64,000 bases of DNA from an uncultured Planctomycetaceae bacterium. Lineage in GTDB: Bacteria > Planctomycetota > Planctomycetia > Planctomycetales > Planctomycetaceae. The stretch lies in assembly GCA_963813715.1 (NCBI GenBank), contig CAWFAK010000008.1:192001-256000 (forward strand), in the 5' to 3' direction. A model generated the notes under the pieces. That model saw only the letters and a list, made by a program, of their open reading frames with translations. It had not been told where the DNA came from and ran no database searches. Position numbers and translations under genes: made by a program. Shown here piece after piece: positions 54,896-64,000 of the stretch (positions are counted from its first letter, which is position 1; each line of letters begins with the position of its first letter).

Positions 54896-55002
54896 GCCCC
54901 CCTTATATCAATTGTGAGAGACCCGTCCCGGCGGGACCACTTTAGGCGGACCCGGCGGGTCAACTTGTCCCGGCGCGCGGGGATCTTTTTCTCCCCTGTG
55001 CG

Positions 55003-55040
55003 AAAAAAGGATCCCCACCCCGGCGGGCTCCGGCGGGGAT
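55003..55040 (-). terminator. Rho-independent terminator
   Basis: Minus strand ATCCCCGCCGG-agcccg-CCGGGGTGGGGAT followed by CCTTTTTT. Confidence 0.7.
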
Positions 55041-55050
55041 GAATTTCTTG

Positions 55051-55125
55051 TCACGCCGCGAGGGCGATCAACGCGGAGCGTGAGAGAGGGCCGCGACGGC
55101 GCGGTGAAACGGTCTCAAGTTTCAT
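55051..55125 (-). CDS. Candidate 24-aa small peptide MKLETVSPRRRGPLSRSALIALAA
   Basis: ATG at 55125 to TGA at 55051, followed 10 nt later by the terminator. No well-spaced RBS; too short for the supplied ORF track. Confidence 0.3.
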   Translation of the reverse strand: MKLETVSPRRRGPLSRSALIALAA

Positions 55126-55236
55126 CCTGTCACACGCGGCCGAACCGTCCAAGATCAGTTTTCTACGCCGCGGCCGCTGCGACCTGCTGGCGACCACAGG
55201 TTCTGCCAGGCAGGTGGTGCCTGCCGATCGGTCCGG

Positions 55237-56497
55237 TCACTTGGACGGATCGATCACGCGCCCGAGGAACAGGATCGCGCCACTATGGTTGTCGCGAATC
55301 ATGAAGACAAACGGATGGTTGGCGCGGAAGATCACCGGCGGGTCAGGCCTGCGCATGGCCATCGGCCGGACGACCACGCCGGTGGCGGCGGCGGCCTCGG
55401 TCCCTTCTTCGTTGACGTCGACAAACGCTTTGTGGAGCACGGCCGAGATCAATAAGTCCTTTTTTCCGTCGATGCCCGAGAAATCGGCGCTCGAGGCATC
55501 GAACGCGGAGGGCATGCCCATGGCCTTGAGCTCGCCGGCCAGCTGAAATTCCGCCGTCGTGCGAAACTTGGGGAAAAAGATAGTCACGTCCCGCGTGCGC
55601 GCCTCTGCCCAGCCATTTGTCGAGACTGGCCGTGCTCAGCTTTTCTTCGAGCTTGCCGAGTCCGTCTGTTTTCTTGGGCAGGAGCACGACCATCGAGAGG
55701 CTGCCGTCGCCATAGGGCATGTCGAGCAGCTGCACGTCATCGACGGCCGCGTAGCGAAACTTGTGCTTCTGGTGCATCAGCGGCGCCTTGATCTGCTGGC
55801 TGGCCGTGACGTGGAAGGGCTGGTCCTTCGTGAGGCTTTTATTGAACTGGTCTTTCCAGTCGCCCTTGAAGTAGACGGCGTTGGTCAGGACGAGCCGCGC
55901 TCCCTTGATGCTGCTGGGACTGGGAATCAGATTCTTGATCTTGTCCTGGGTCTTGTCTTCGACCCATTTGTTGATCGTTTCGCGGGCCGCCTCGGGCTGA
56001 TTGAAGTCGACCTGGGCCAGCTCGGCGCCGTAATCGTCGCGGGTCACGCGGAGAAAATCGTCGAGGAACTTGGCCCCTTGCTCTCCCCACAAGCGATTGG
56101 CCACGTCGAGCCGATATCCCTGTTTCGGCTCCTTCGCGTTCCACGAGGCGAGCAATGCCCGCATTTGCTCGTTGAGCTGCGCTTTAGGCATCTCTAAATG
56201 GAGCGTTTTGGCCATCTCGGCCTCGGTATTGCCCGCGGCCCCGGCGTAGGTCATCGCCAGGGCGACTGAAATGCTGGCCGGCGAAAAGAAGAGATTGCCG
56301 TCCTTGCCGCGCAGCCGCTCGTACAGATCAAACGCGAAACGATTTCCGGCTTCAACGAGGGGCGACATGGTCGGAGTCCGAGCAGGTCGATCTCTTCGGA
56401 CCAGGCGAGCCGGCGGCGCCGACGAGGCCGGATCGACCAGAACGAGGCTCGCCAGGGCGACAGCGGCGGCAACAGAGATCGCAAATCTGTGTGACAT
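55237..56497 (-). CDS. Secreted serpin (serine protease inhibitor) (frameshift ~55600)
   Basis: Signal peptide; NLFFSPASI, INKWVEDKT, NAVYFKGDW; PKF, DFSGI, HKAFVDVNEEGTEAAAAT, FRANHPF..ILFLGRV. Confidence 0.95.
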
Positions 56498-56551
56498 GAG
56501 TATCTCCCGACGCTCCCTCTTGAGGCAAGCGGACCGCAGTCCGTCTGCCAG

Positions 56552-57013
56552 TTAAACCAATTGCTTCTCCATGTAGACGCAGAGCGGATCTTCGTGAAAG
56601 TCGCCGAAGGGGGCAATTCGGCGATAGCCGGCATTCTCGTAAAGGGCCAGCGCGTTGTGTTGGGCGACGCCCGTTTCCAGGCGAATCAGTCGCAGGTCCG
56701 CCGCCCGCGCCCGCGATTCCAGCTCCGCCAGGATTCGCCGCCCGACTTGCAGCCCGCGAAACTCGGGCAGCACGAACATCCGCTTGAGCTCGCCATATTC
56801 GCCGTCGTGATTGACCAGCGCGCCACAGCCGATCACGCGCTCCCGCAACCGCGCGCTCAGAAAGGTAACGTTCGGCTGTCGCAACGCGTCGATGGGCAAC
56901 AAGTGATTGCTTTCCGGCGGATAGAGAGAAGTCAGAAACTCGTCGAGCGCTTCGATGAGCTGACGGACGTGCGGCTGAGCCGGGTCGTCGGCGACAATGG
57001 TGACCTGTGACAT
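56552..57013 (-). CDS. GNAT family N-acetyltransferase
   Basis: LYPPESNH, GCGA, ELKRMFV..RGLQVG, LETG..ALALYE..GY. Confidence 0.9.
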   Translation of the reverse strand: MSQVTIVADDPAQPHVRQLIEALDEFLTSLYPPESNHLLPIDALRQPNVTFLSARLRERVIGCGALVNHDGEYGELKRMFVLPEFRGLQVGRRILAELESRARAADLRLIRLETGVAQHNALALYENAGYRRIAPFGDFHEDPLCVYMEKQLV

Positions 57014-57181
57014 AACCGGCTCAAAGTGCGGGAGGATTCGCAGCGGGAAACTGCGCGACAGACGATCCATGAGCCGGCGCAGGATGATTTTACTCTGCGG
57101 AGCGGCTCGGCAAAACGATGGCCGTTCGGACGAGCGGCCCGATGACACGTCCAAGGCTGGAAATGCGTCGCGGCGTCGGGC

Positions 57182-58632
57182 CTAGGCTGCCGCACGCCGG
57201 TCGGAGGCGGTCTCTCGGCCGATTTCGCCCGCGGGCTCGGCAATCGCCGGCGCACGGAACGGAATCGTCGCGGGCGTCGGAGCGACCATGGCGACAATTT
57301 CGTCCAGCAGGCGCTGGGCCAACACGTCGCGATCAAAGTGGCGGGCGACGTAATCGCGGCCGCGGCAATAGGCCGACCGATTGCCGGCGATCGTTTCGAT
57401 CCCGGCCAACAGCGAGTCTTCGTCTTCGGGCGTCATCGCCAGGCCGGCTTGCGCGGCAAGCACGATCCGCTGGGCCTGCCCGCGAACGCCCATGACGATC
57501 GGCACGTTCATCGCCATGATCTCGAAGATCTTGGACGGGATCACCGTCTCGAAGAGCTCGGTCTTACGCAGGTGCACGAGGCACGCGTCGCAGCTGGCGA
57601 TCACCTCGGCGATCTTCGCCTTGGGTACCAGGCCCGTAAAGATGACCCGATCGAGACCTTCTGCGCGGCACTCGGCTTCCAAGCGGCTGCGCTCGGCCCC
57701 GTCGCCGACGATCCAGAAGACGACGTCATCGCGTCCGGCCGCTTTGAGCCGGCGGGCCGCACGCACGACGACATCGAGCCCGTGGGCCATCCCCACCGTG
57801 CCGACATAGGCGCAGACAAACCGTCCCGCGCCGCCCCACTGAGCACGCAGCTCGCGCGATGCCGGCTGCGGCACGAACTGACTGGCGTCGACGCCATTGG
57901 GGACGACGGCGATTTTTTCCTCCGAGACGCCGCGGCGCATCAACTGGTCCCGATATCCGTCGCCGACGGTGACGATCTGTTTGGCCGTTTTGTACATCCG
58001 CTGTTCGAGGACTTCGAGCATACGCATCATGGGCGATCGCCGCATGGCGCCGACGGTCACGATCGACTCGGGCCAGATATCGCGAATTTCCAACAGCAGC
58101 GGACGACGCAAGAACCAACGACAGAGCACGCCGGCCCAGCCGCAAAAGAACTGAGGCGACGTCGCCACGATCGCATCGACTTTGCGGACGCCCAGGCGCA
58201 GAGCGTCGCACAGACCATGTAGCTCAGGTAATTGGCGATCCGTCCCAAAAATCCTTTGTTGGGGGCCAGCCACGTCCAGACGCGCAGCACGCGAATGCCG
58301 TCCACCCATTCGCGACTCAGCCAGGCGTTCTTGTAACCCGCCGCGACGACTCCCGTCGGGCAGTTCGGCGCGCAGGTGATGACGGTGACGCGATGTCCGG
58401 CCGCGACCCAGCGACGACAGTGCTCGTACGTCCGCGTGGCCGGGGCGTTGACTTCGGGCGGAAAGTAGTGCGACAGAAACAACACGTGCAGCGGCCGTCC
58501 GACGGAGGCGATCGTCGGCACGTCGGTCTGCGTACCCGAATCGATTTCCGGCGTCGCGATGCGGAGCATCTTTCCCGAAACGGGCGCGACCCTCGGCGCG
58601 GGGGTGGCAACATCTTGATCGACTGACGGCAT
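57182..58632 (-). CDS. Glycosyltransferase family 4 (WbuB-like) (frameshift ~58195)
   Basis: LSHYFPPEVNAPA, TSPQFF, EIRDIWPES, PNGVD, GTVGMAHGL, IPSKIFE. Confidence 0.9.
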
Positions 58633-58646
58633 GCCAAACTTCCTTG

Positions 58647-60655
58647 TCAGGCGGCCGGGACGAGTTGTGGGACTTCCGTGGGCCGCCTGCGCGTTCGCGG
58701 GGCGACGGTCGCTGGATTCTGATCGAGAAATTGCCGGGCCCAAAGTTCGAGTGTGAGCAGGCCCCACTGCAGCATGTAGTAGTCGGCCCGCCGCGATTGA
58801 CTGAGATTCCGCAGACGAGCGACGGCGTCGGGTCGGAACCAGCCACGGTCGGCGATCGCTCGCGGCCCCATCAAGTCGTTCCACATCGTGCCCAAGTCGT
58901 GCCGCAGCCAGGAGCGGTACGGAGCGCCGAAGCCGGCCTTCGGGCGGTCGATGATCTCGTTGGGCACGATGCCGCGCGCCGCTTGTCGCAGGATCGCCTT
59001 GGGGACGGGATCGAGTTTCTGCGCAGCCGTAAACGTAGTGCCGAGGTCGACCAATTCCTGGTCGAGCAGCGGCACGCGGGCCTCGATCCCGACGGCCATT
59101 CCCATCTTGTCGGTGTAGAGCAGGTTGTGATTGGGCAGGTAGACGCAGAGGTCCCGCTCGAGGAACCGGTCGACCTCGCCCAACCCGCCGGTTCGCATAC
59201 GCTCGAGGCAATCCGCGTCGGCCCGGAATCGAACCGAGCGTCGCGGAGAGCGCCGGTGAGAGAATGCCCCGGGCCGACGAATCGGCCGTGGACATGCAAT
59301 AGGCCAGAAATCTTTCGTCCGGCGAGCGATGAATGTCGTGCAGCACTCGCCGTCCCCGTCGGAGTGTCGCGCCGAGTGGCCCGCCGAGCGCTCCCGGCAA
59401 CAGGTTACCGCAGGCCGCCAGTCCGGCGCGAGCCGTTTGGGGAATGCGATCGAGCCAGCGGAGAGCTCGCAGGACGGCGTACCGCGGATAACCGCCGAAC
59501 AGCTCGTCGGCCCCCTGCCCCGACAGCAGCACCTTGGTGCCGTGTTCGCGGGCGAGGCGACAGATGAGATAACACGTGATCGCGGCCGGATCGGCGATCG
59601 GTTCATCGAGGTGATAGACAATCTGCGGCAAGAGCGTCGTGATCTGTGGACCGATTTCGACCTCATGAAAGTCGAGCCCATGCGACGAGGCAAATCGCCG
59701 AGCGTAAGGCGCGTCATCGTGGGCCCGATCGAGCCGATTCGACTCTGCCGGATAGGTGATGGTGTAGCTGCGAAAGCGCTGCTCGCGCTGGAGCCATCGC
59801 CCGGCCCGGTCGCGGCGATCGCCGTGATCAGACTGCTGTCGAGGCCGCCGCTCAGAAACGAACCCACGGGAACATCGGAGACCAACTGTCGCCGTGTCGC
59901 GTCGGCAACGGCCACGCGCAGCCGGTCGACATCAACTGTCGGGTCGGCAGGCGAACCGTCGCGAAGTGCCGTCGTGCTGAAGCGGGGCCGCCAGTAGGGG
60001 CGGATCTCGGCCTTCGCCTGGCTCGCCCGCCAGCGAAGCAAACAGCCGGGAGGCAGCCGGCGAATGCCAGCCAGGGCCGTCCGTTCGGAACATGAATGGC
60101 AAAACGTCAGGTGCTGCAGGATGGTCGGAAAATCGGGTTCGCGACGGACATCCGGGTGCGCGCAGAGCGCCTTGATCTCGCTGGCAAACAGCAACGATCC
60201 CGGCTGCGGCTCGGCGTAATAGAGCGGCTTGATCCCCAGCGGGTCCCGCGCCAGGAGCAGCTCGCGTTCGCGATCGTCCCAGAAGGCGAAGGTGAACATC
60301 CCGTTGAGCCGCTCGACGAAGGCCGGGCCCCAGCGCATCAGCCCGTGGAGCAGCACCTGCGTGTCGCCCGTGGAGGTCAGCGCGGGCCGCTGCCTGCCAG
60401 CGAAGACCGCAGCTCGCGGTAGTTGTAGATCTCGCCATTAAAGATGAGCGTGAAGCGGCCGTCGGCCGACGTCATCGGTTGGGCGGCCAGCTCGGAGAGA
60501 TCCAGCACGGCCAAGCGCACGTGCCCGAGCGCCACTTGCGAGCCGGGCGACTCAAAGACGCCGCAGCCGTCGGGGCCCCGATGTGCCTGGGCGGCGTTCA
60601 TCCGGTCGATCAAGCCGGGGACAAAATCACCGACCAGGCCTGCAATTCCACACAT
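58647..60655 (-). CDS. asnB: Second asparagine synthase-family glutamine amidotransferase (several frameshifts)
   Basis: MCGIAG, HRGPD, FNGEIYNY, ARDPLGIKPLYY, LSGGLDSS, LSGQGADELFGGY, DKMGMA..EARVP, RPKAGF. Confidence 0.9.
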
Positions 60656-60868
60656 CGCCCCCAGTCCTTTGGTCGCGCCAATCCCTCTGGTAATGCTCAG
60701 CGGCCCGCCAATCGTCCGGTCCCGCTAAGCGGCCGATTTGGTATCAGATCGCATCAATCCACACAAGATGGGATGGCGGCGTTGTCTCGGGTGAGTGGTG
60801 TTGTCTCGAGTCCGTCGTTGTGCTAACAAGCGCCGCTCGCGGGCCGCGTCATTGGTGGGAGTCTGCGC

Positions 60869-62086
60869 TTGAGAATCGGAATTGATGCATCGAATTTGCG
60901 GGGCGGCGGTGGGATCACGCACTTGGTCGCCCTGTTGTCGCACGTTGACGTGGCTGACGCAGCCTTCGAGCGCGTAGTGGTGTGGGGAGCGCGCGACGTC
61001 CTGCGACGACTCCCCGAGCGATGTTGGCTGGTGAAGGCGAATCCGGCTGAACTCGAGCGAGGCACAGCCGCTCGGACCGCGTGGCGTTACCGTTCGCTGC
61101 CGCAACTCGCCCGAGTTGAATGTGACATCCTCTTCGCCCCCGGCGGCTTGTGCACCGACCGGTTTCATCCCGTCGTCACTATGTCGCGCAATATGCTCCC
61201 GTTTCAGTCGCGGGAAATGTCGCGCTACGGCCTTTCCCGGATGCTACTACGATTGGGAATGCTGCGGAGCGCCCAGCGCCGGTCATTTCGGACAGCTGAC
61301 GGCGTGATCTTTCTCTCGCAATTTGCCCGCGACACGGTCCTAAGTGCCACGGGATCGCTGGCCGGCCAATCGACGGTGATTCCCCACGGCGTCGAATCGC
61401 GGTTCTTTCGTGAGCCGCGGTACCAACGCGCGACGACCGAGTTTTCACTCAGCGATCCGATGCGGCTTCTGTACGTGTCGATCGTCGATGTCTACAAGCA
61501 CCAATGGCACGTCGCGGAGGCGGTCGCCCGGTTGCGTCGCGCGGGGCTGCCGATCGCGATGCAATTCATCGGCGATGCATACCCGTCCGCGGGCAAACGC
61601 CTGTTGAACACGATCCGCGCCCGCGATCCGCAGGGACTCTTCCTCCACTACAACGGTTCGGCCGATCACGGCGACTTGCCGGCCTGCTATCAATCGGCGG
61701 ACGCATTTGTGTTCGCCTCCAGTTGCGAGAACCTGCCCAACATCCTGCTGGAAGCCATGGCCTCCGGCTTGCCGATCGCCTGTTCGAACCGCCTGCCTAT
61801 GCCTGAAGTGTTGGGACAGGCGGGCGTTTATTTCGACCCGGTCCGGCCGCAGCAAATCGAGGAAGCCCTCCTGCGGCTGTTTCACGACGCCGAATTGCGA
61901 CGGCACCTGGCCGCCGCAGCCTACGAACGCGCCCAGCAGTTCTCTTGGAGCGCCTGCGCTCGCGACACGTTCCGCTTTCTGGCGGACGTCTGCGAGCTCC
62001 ATTCCGGCGAGTCACAATTCACCGAGCCCGGAGTGCCGCTGGAGACCGGAAGCAATCGGTCCGAATACACGGCGATCTCCGCCTAA
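60869..62086 (+). CDS. Glycosyltransferase family 4 protein
   Basis: GGGITH, VIPHGV, YKHQ, ENLPNILLEAMASGLP, FSW. Confidence 0.9.
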   Translation: MRIGIDASNLRGGGGITHLVALLSHVDVADAAFERVVVWGARDVLRRLPERCWLVKANPAELERGTAARTAWRYRSLPQLARVECDILFAPGGLCTDRFHPVVTMSRNMLPFQSREMSRYGLSRMLLRLGMLRSAQRRSFRTADGVIFLSQFARDTVLSATGSLAGQSTVIPHGVESRFFREPRYQRATTEFSLSDPMRLLYVSIVDVYKHQWHVAEAVARLRRAGLPIAMQFIGDAYPSAGKRLLNTIRARDPQGLFLHYNGSADHGDLPACYQSADAFVFASSCENLPNILLEAMASGLPIACSNRLPMPEVLGQAGVYFDPVRPQQIEEALLRLFHDAELRRHLAAAAYERAQQFSWSACARDTFRFLADVCELHSGESQFTEPGVPLETGSNRSEYTAISA

Positions 62087-62264
62087 AGCCGATGTGCGTT
62101 GCGTAGCTCGCGGTTCGCATCGGCTCGTGAACAGGTGGCCAAGTCGCGTGACCCGCCAACCGGTTCAATTCGCCTCCGACAGGCGCCGGTGCTGGTCTCG
62201 CACGTCGGTCCGAAGATAAAATAGGAGGCGGGCAGTTCCCTCTCGACTGCCGCCAATGGGCCCC

Positions 62265-63887
62265 ATGCCGCTGAAAGTCTCGAACATCCGCCTGCCCGTC
62301 GAAGAGCCAGAAACGGCCCTGGCGGACGCTATTGCGCGCCGGGTGGGGCTCAAGTCGGACGAACTGACGCGTTGGCGCATTCTCCGCAAAAGCCTCGACG
62401 CCCGTTCGCCGCGCGATTTGCAATTCGTTTATTCGGCGGTCGTCGATTTGCCGGACGAGCCCGCGCGATTTGGCCAATTGCCAACCTCTCCCGCAAGCGA
62501 CGATGTGCAATTCTTCTCGCCGCGGCGTTTCGACGAGCCGGCACCGGGAGGCGAGCCGTTGCCTGAACGGCCGGTCATCGTCGGTTCGGGGCCGGCCGGA
62601 ATGCTCGCCGGTTATTACCTCGCTCTCCGCGGCTACGCGCCGTTGATTCTCGAGCGCGGGCGGGCGGTGAAGGAGCGCGTCCCCGCAGTCCGCGATTTCG
62701 ACCGGGGCGGGGCGCTCGATTGCGAAAACAACTATCTCTTTGGCGAAGGCGGAGCCGGTTGCTTCAGCGACGGCAAGCTGACATGCCGCATGGGCGGCCC
62801 CGACGTCGACTGGGTGCTGGAGCGGATGATCGAATGCGGCGGGCGACCGTCGATCGTTTACGATTATCGGCCCCACCTGGGAAGCAATCGACTGCCGATG
62901 ATCTGCCGCAACTTCCGTCGCAAGATTGAGGAGTTGGGCGGCGAATATCGGTTTAACTGCCGGGTTGAGCGGCTGGATATTTCCGACGGACGAGTCCGGG
63001 GACTGGCGACGTCGAGCGGTTACATCCCGACGTCGGCCGTGATGCTGGCGATCGGCCACAGTGCCCGCGACACGTACGAAATGCTCTTCGACGTCGGCGT
63101 GCCGATCTCGCCCAAAGCCTTTCAGCTCGGTCTGCGAATCGAGCACTCGCAGGCCCAGATCAATCACCACAAATATGGCCGCCGCGAGTATCTCGAAATG
63201 CTCGGCGCGGCCGATTATTCGTTGAACGCTCGCGGGCGGCGCGACGTATTTACGTTTTGTATGTGTGCCGGCGGTTATGTCATTCCCAGCGTGTCGGAAC
63301 CCCAGATGTTCTGTACAAACGGAATGAGCAATTCGCGACACGACACGCCGTTCGCCAACAGCGGGTTGGTCGTGACCCTTTCGCCCGACGAATTCGGCAG
63401 CCCGCATCCGCTCGCGGGGATGGAATTACAACGGCGGTTTGAATCGGAGGCATTTCGTCTGGCGGGGGGCGATTACCACTGTCCGATCGAGCGCGTCGAA
63501 GATTTTTTGGCGGGACGCAGCCCGGATCCGCAGTCGCGTTTAAGTTCATCCTTTCAACGCGGCGTGCGGCCCGTCAATATGGAGCAGATTGTCCCGCGGC
63601 CGGTGGTCGATACGCTCCGCTGGGGACTGCCGGTCATGGATCGAAAATGGAAGGGGAACTTCCTCCGCGACGCCGTCCTGGTGGGACCGGAGATGAGGGG
63701 AAGTTCGCCGGTCCGCTTGGAACGCAATTCGCAAACCAGGCAGAGCCCGGGGGTGACCGGGCTTTATCCCGTGGGCGAGGGGGCCGGCTTTGCAGGAGGA
63801 ATCGTGTCAGCGGCCGTCGACGGCCTGCTGAGCGCGAAGGCGCTGACGGGACAGTTTGCGCCGCTTATCTGCAGGACGCACGCCTGA
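62265..63887 (+). CDS. NAD(P)/FAD-dependent oxidoreductase (uncharacterised FAD-dependent dehydrogenase family)
   Basis: VGSGPAG, FGEGGAGCFSDGKL, PHLGS, GHSARD, GLRIEH, FCMCAGG, GEGAGFAGGIVSAAVDG. Confidence 0.9.
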   Translation: MPLKVSNIRLPVEEPETALADAIARRVGLKSDELTRWRILRKSLDARSPRDLQFVYSAVVDLPDEPARFGQLPTSPASDDVQFFSPRRFDEPAPGGEPLPERPVIVGSGPAGMLAGYYLALRGYAPLILERGRAVKERVPAVRDFDRGGALDCENNYLFGEGGAGCFSDGKLTCRMGGPDVDWVLERMIECGGRPSIVYDYRPHLGSNRLPMICRNFRRKIEELGGEYRFNCRVERLDISDGRVRGLATSSGYIPTSAVMLAIGHSARDTYEMLFDVGVPISPKAFQLGLRIEHSQAQINHHKYGRREYLEMLGAADYSLNARGRRDVFTFCMCAGGYVIPSVSEPQMFCTNGMSNSRHDTPFANSGLVVTLSPDEFGSPHPLAGMELQRRFESEAFRLAGGDYHCPIERVEDFLAGRSPDPQSRLSSSFQRGVRPVNMEQIVPRPVVDTLRWGLPVMDRKWKGNFLRDAVLVGPEMRGSSPVRLERNSQTRQSPGVTGLYPVGEGAGFAGGIVSAAVDGLLSAKALTGQFAPLICRTHA

Positions 63888-64000
63888 CGAGAATGCCTCG
63901 ATCAGACGGTTAGTACGTCACGGAGACTGGGTGCCACGGAACTACGGCCGCCGAGCGGCTGTGTGGGCCGGGCGCGGGTCCGTTGCGCACGGAGGATCGG

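Noticed and set aside
54766..54961. Possible CRISPR array or iteron origin
   Set aside because: The repeats are only 9-13 bp with irregular short spacing, and there is no cas or rep gene nearby.
54900..55236. Possible tmRNA, suggested by the ALAA-ending reading frame
   Set aside because: No tRNA-Ala-like 5' GGGG..GATTCGAC segment or 3' GGTTCGA..CCACCA end is visible on either strand.
48492..60655. AsnB genes as lasso-peptide cyclases
   Set aside because: Both keep an intact N-terminal Cys glutaminase domain and sit with flippase/glycosyltransferase genes. No B1/B2 proteins or lasso-type precursor were seen.

Overview
High-GC chromosomal window, most likely from a Planctomycete. The evidence is a PilM-PilN-type fusion operon, a GYF_2 / 'FDPYHIWLGIP' / FGE-sulfatase protein, DUF1080, a PEP-CTERM protein and Planctomycete-like intergenic repeats. 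It holds about 50 genes and one tRNA-Leu(GAG); I saw no rRNA, CRISPR array, integrase or transposase. Many genes, including housekeeping ones (cmk, RluA, HtrA, asnB), are broken by small frameshifts, which looks like long-read assembly error rather than pseudogenisation. Main blocks: (i) housekeeping/signalling genes (ribF, RluA, ltaE, purU, a two-component pair); (ii) a type III PKS / FAD-oxidoreductase / methyltransferase cluster, with a divergent YceI / sterol-tocopherol-type methyltransferase / ICMT-nurim-like arm and a convergent ABC transporter; (iii) cmk, a GH38-like protein, the pilM operon and folC; (iv) a degenerate CheY plus degenerate CheR ahead of an intact PAS hybrid kinase, back-to-back with a Kdo/WaaP-type kinase lacking its catalytic Asp; (v) dksA-like and HtrA genes; (vi) a surface-polysaccharide region (DegT, Wzx, two AsnB amidotransferases, GT4s) interrupted by FGE-sulfatase, O-methyltransferase, serpin and GNAT genes. 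The most unusual non-coding stretch is 54.67-55.24 kb. It has a dense GGGA array behind an extended -10 promoter (candidate CsrA-sponge sRNA), operator-like palindromes, and a 24-aa sORF ending in an SsrA-like ALAA followed by a terminator. All functional calls are motif-based by eye; no database searches were run.
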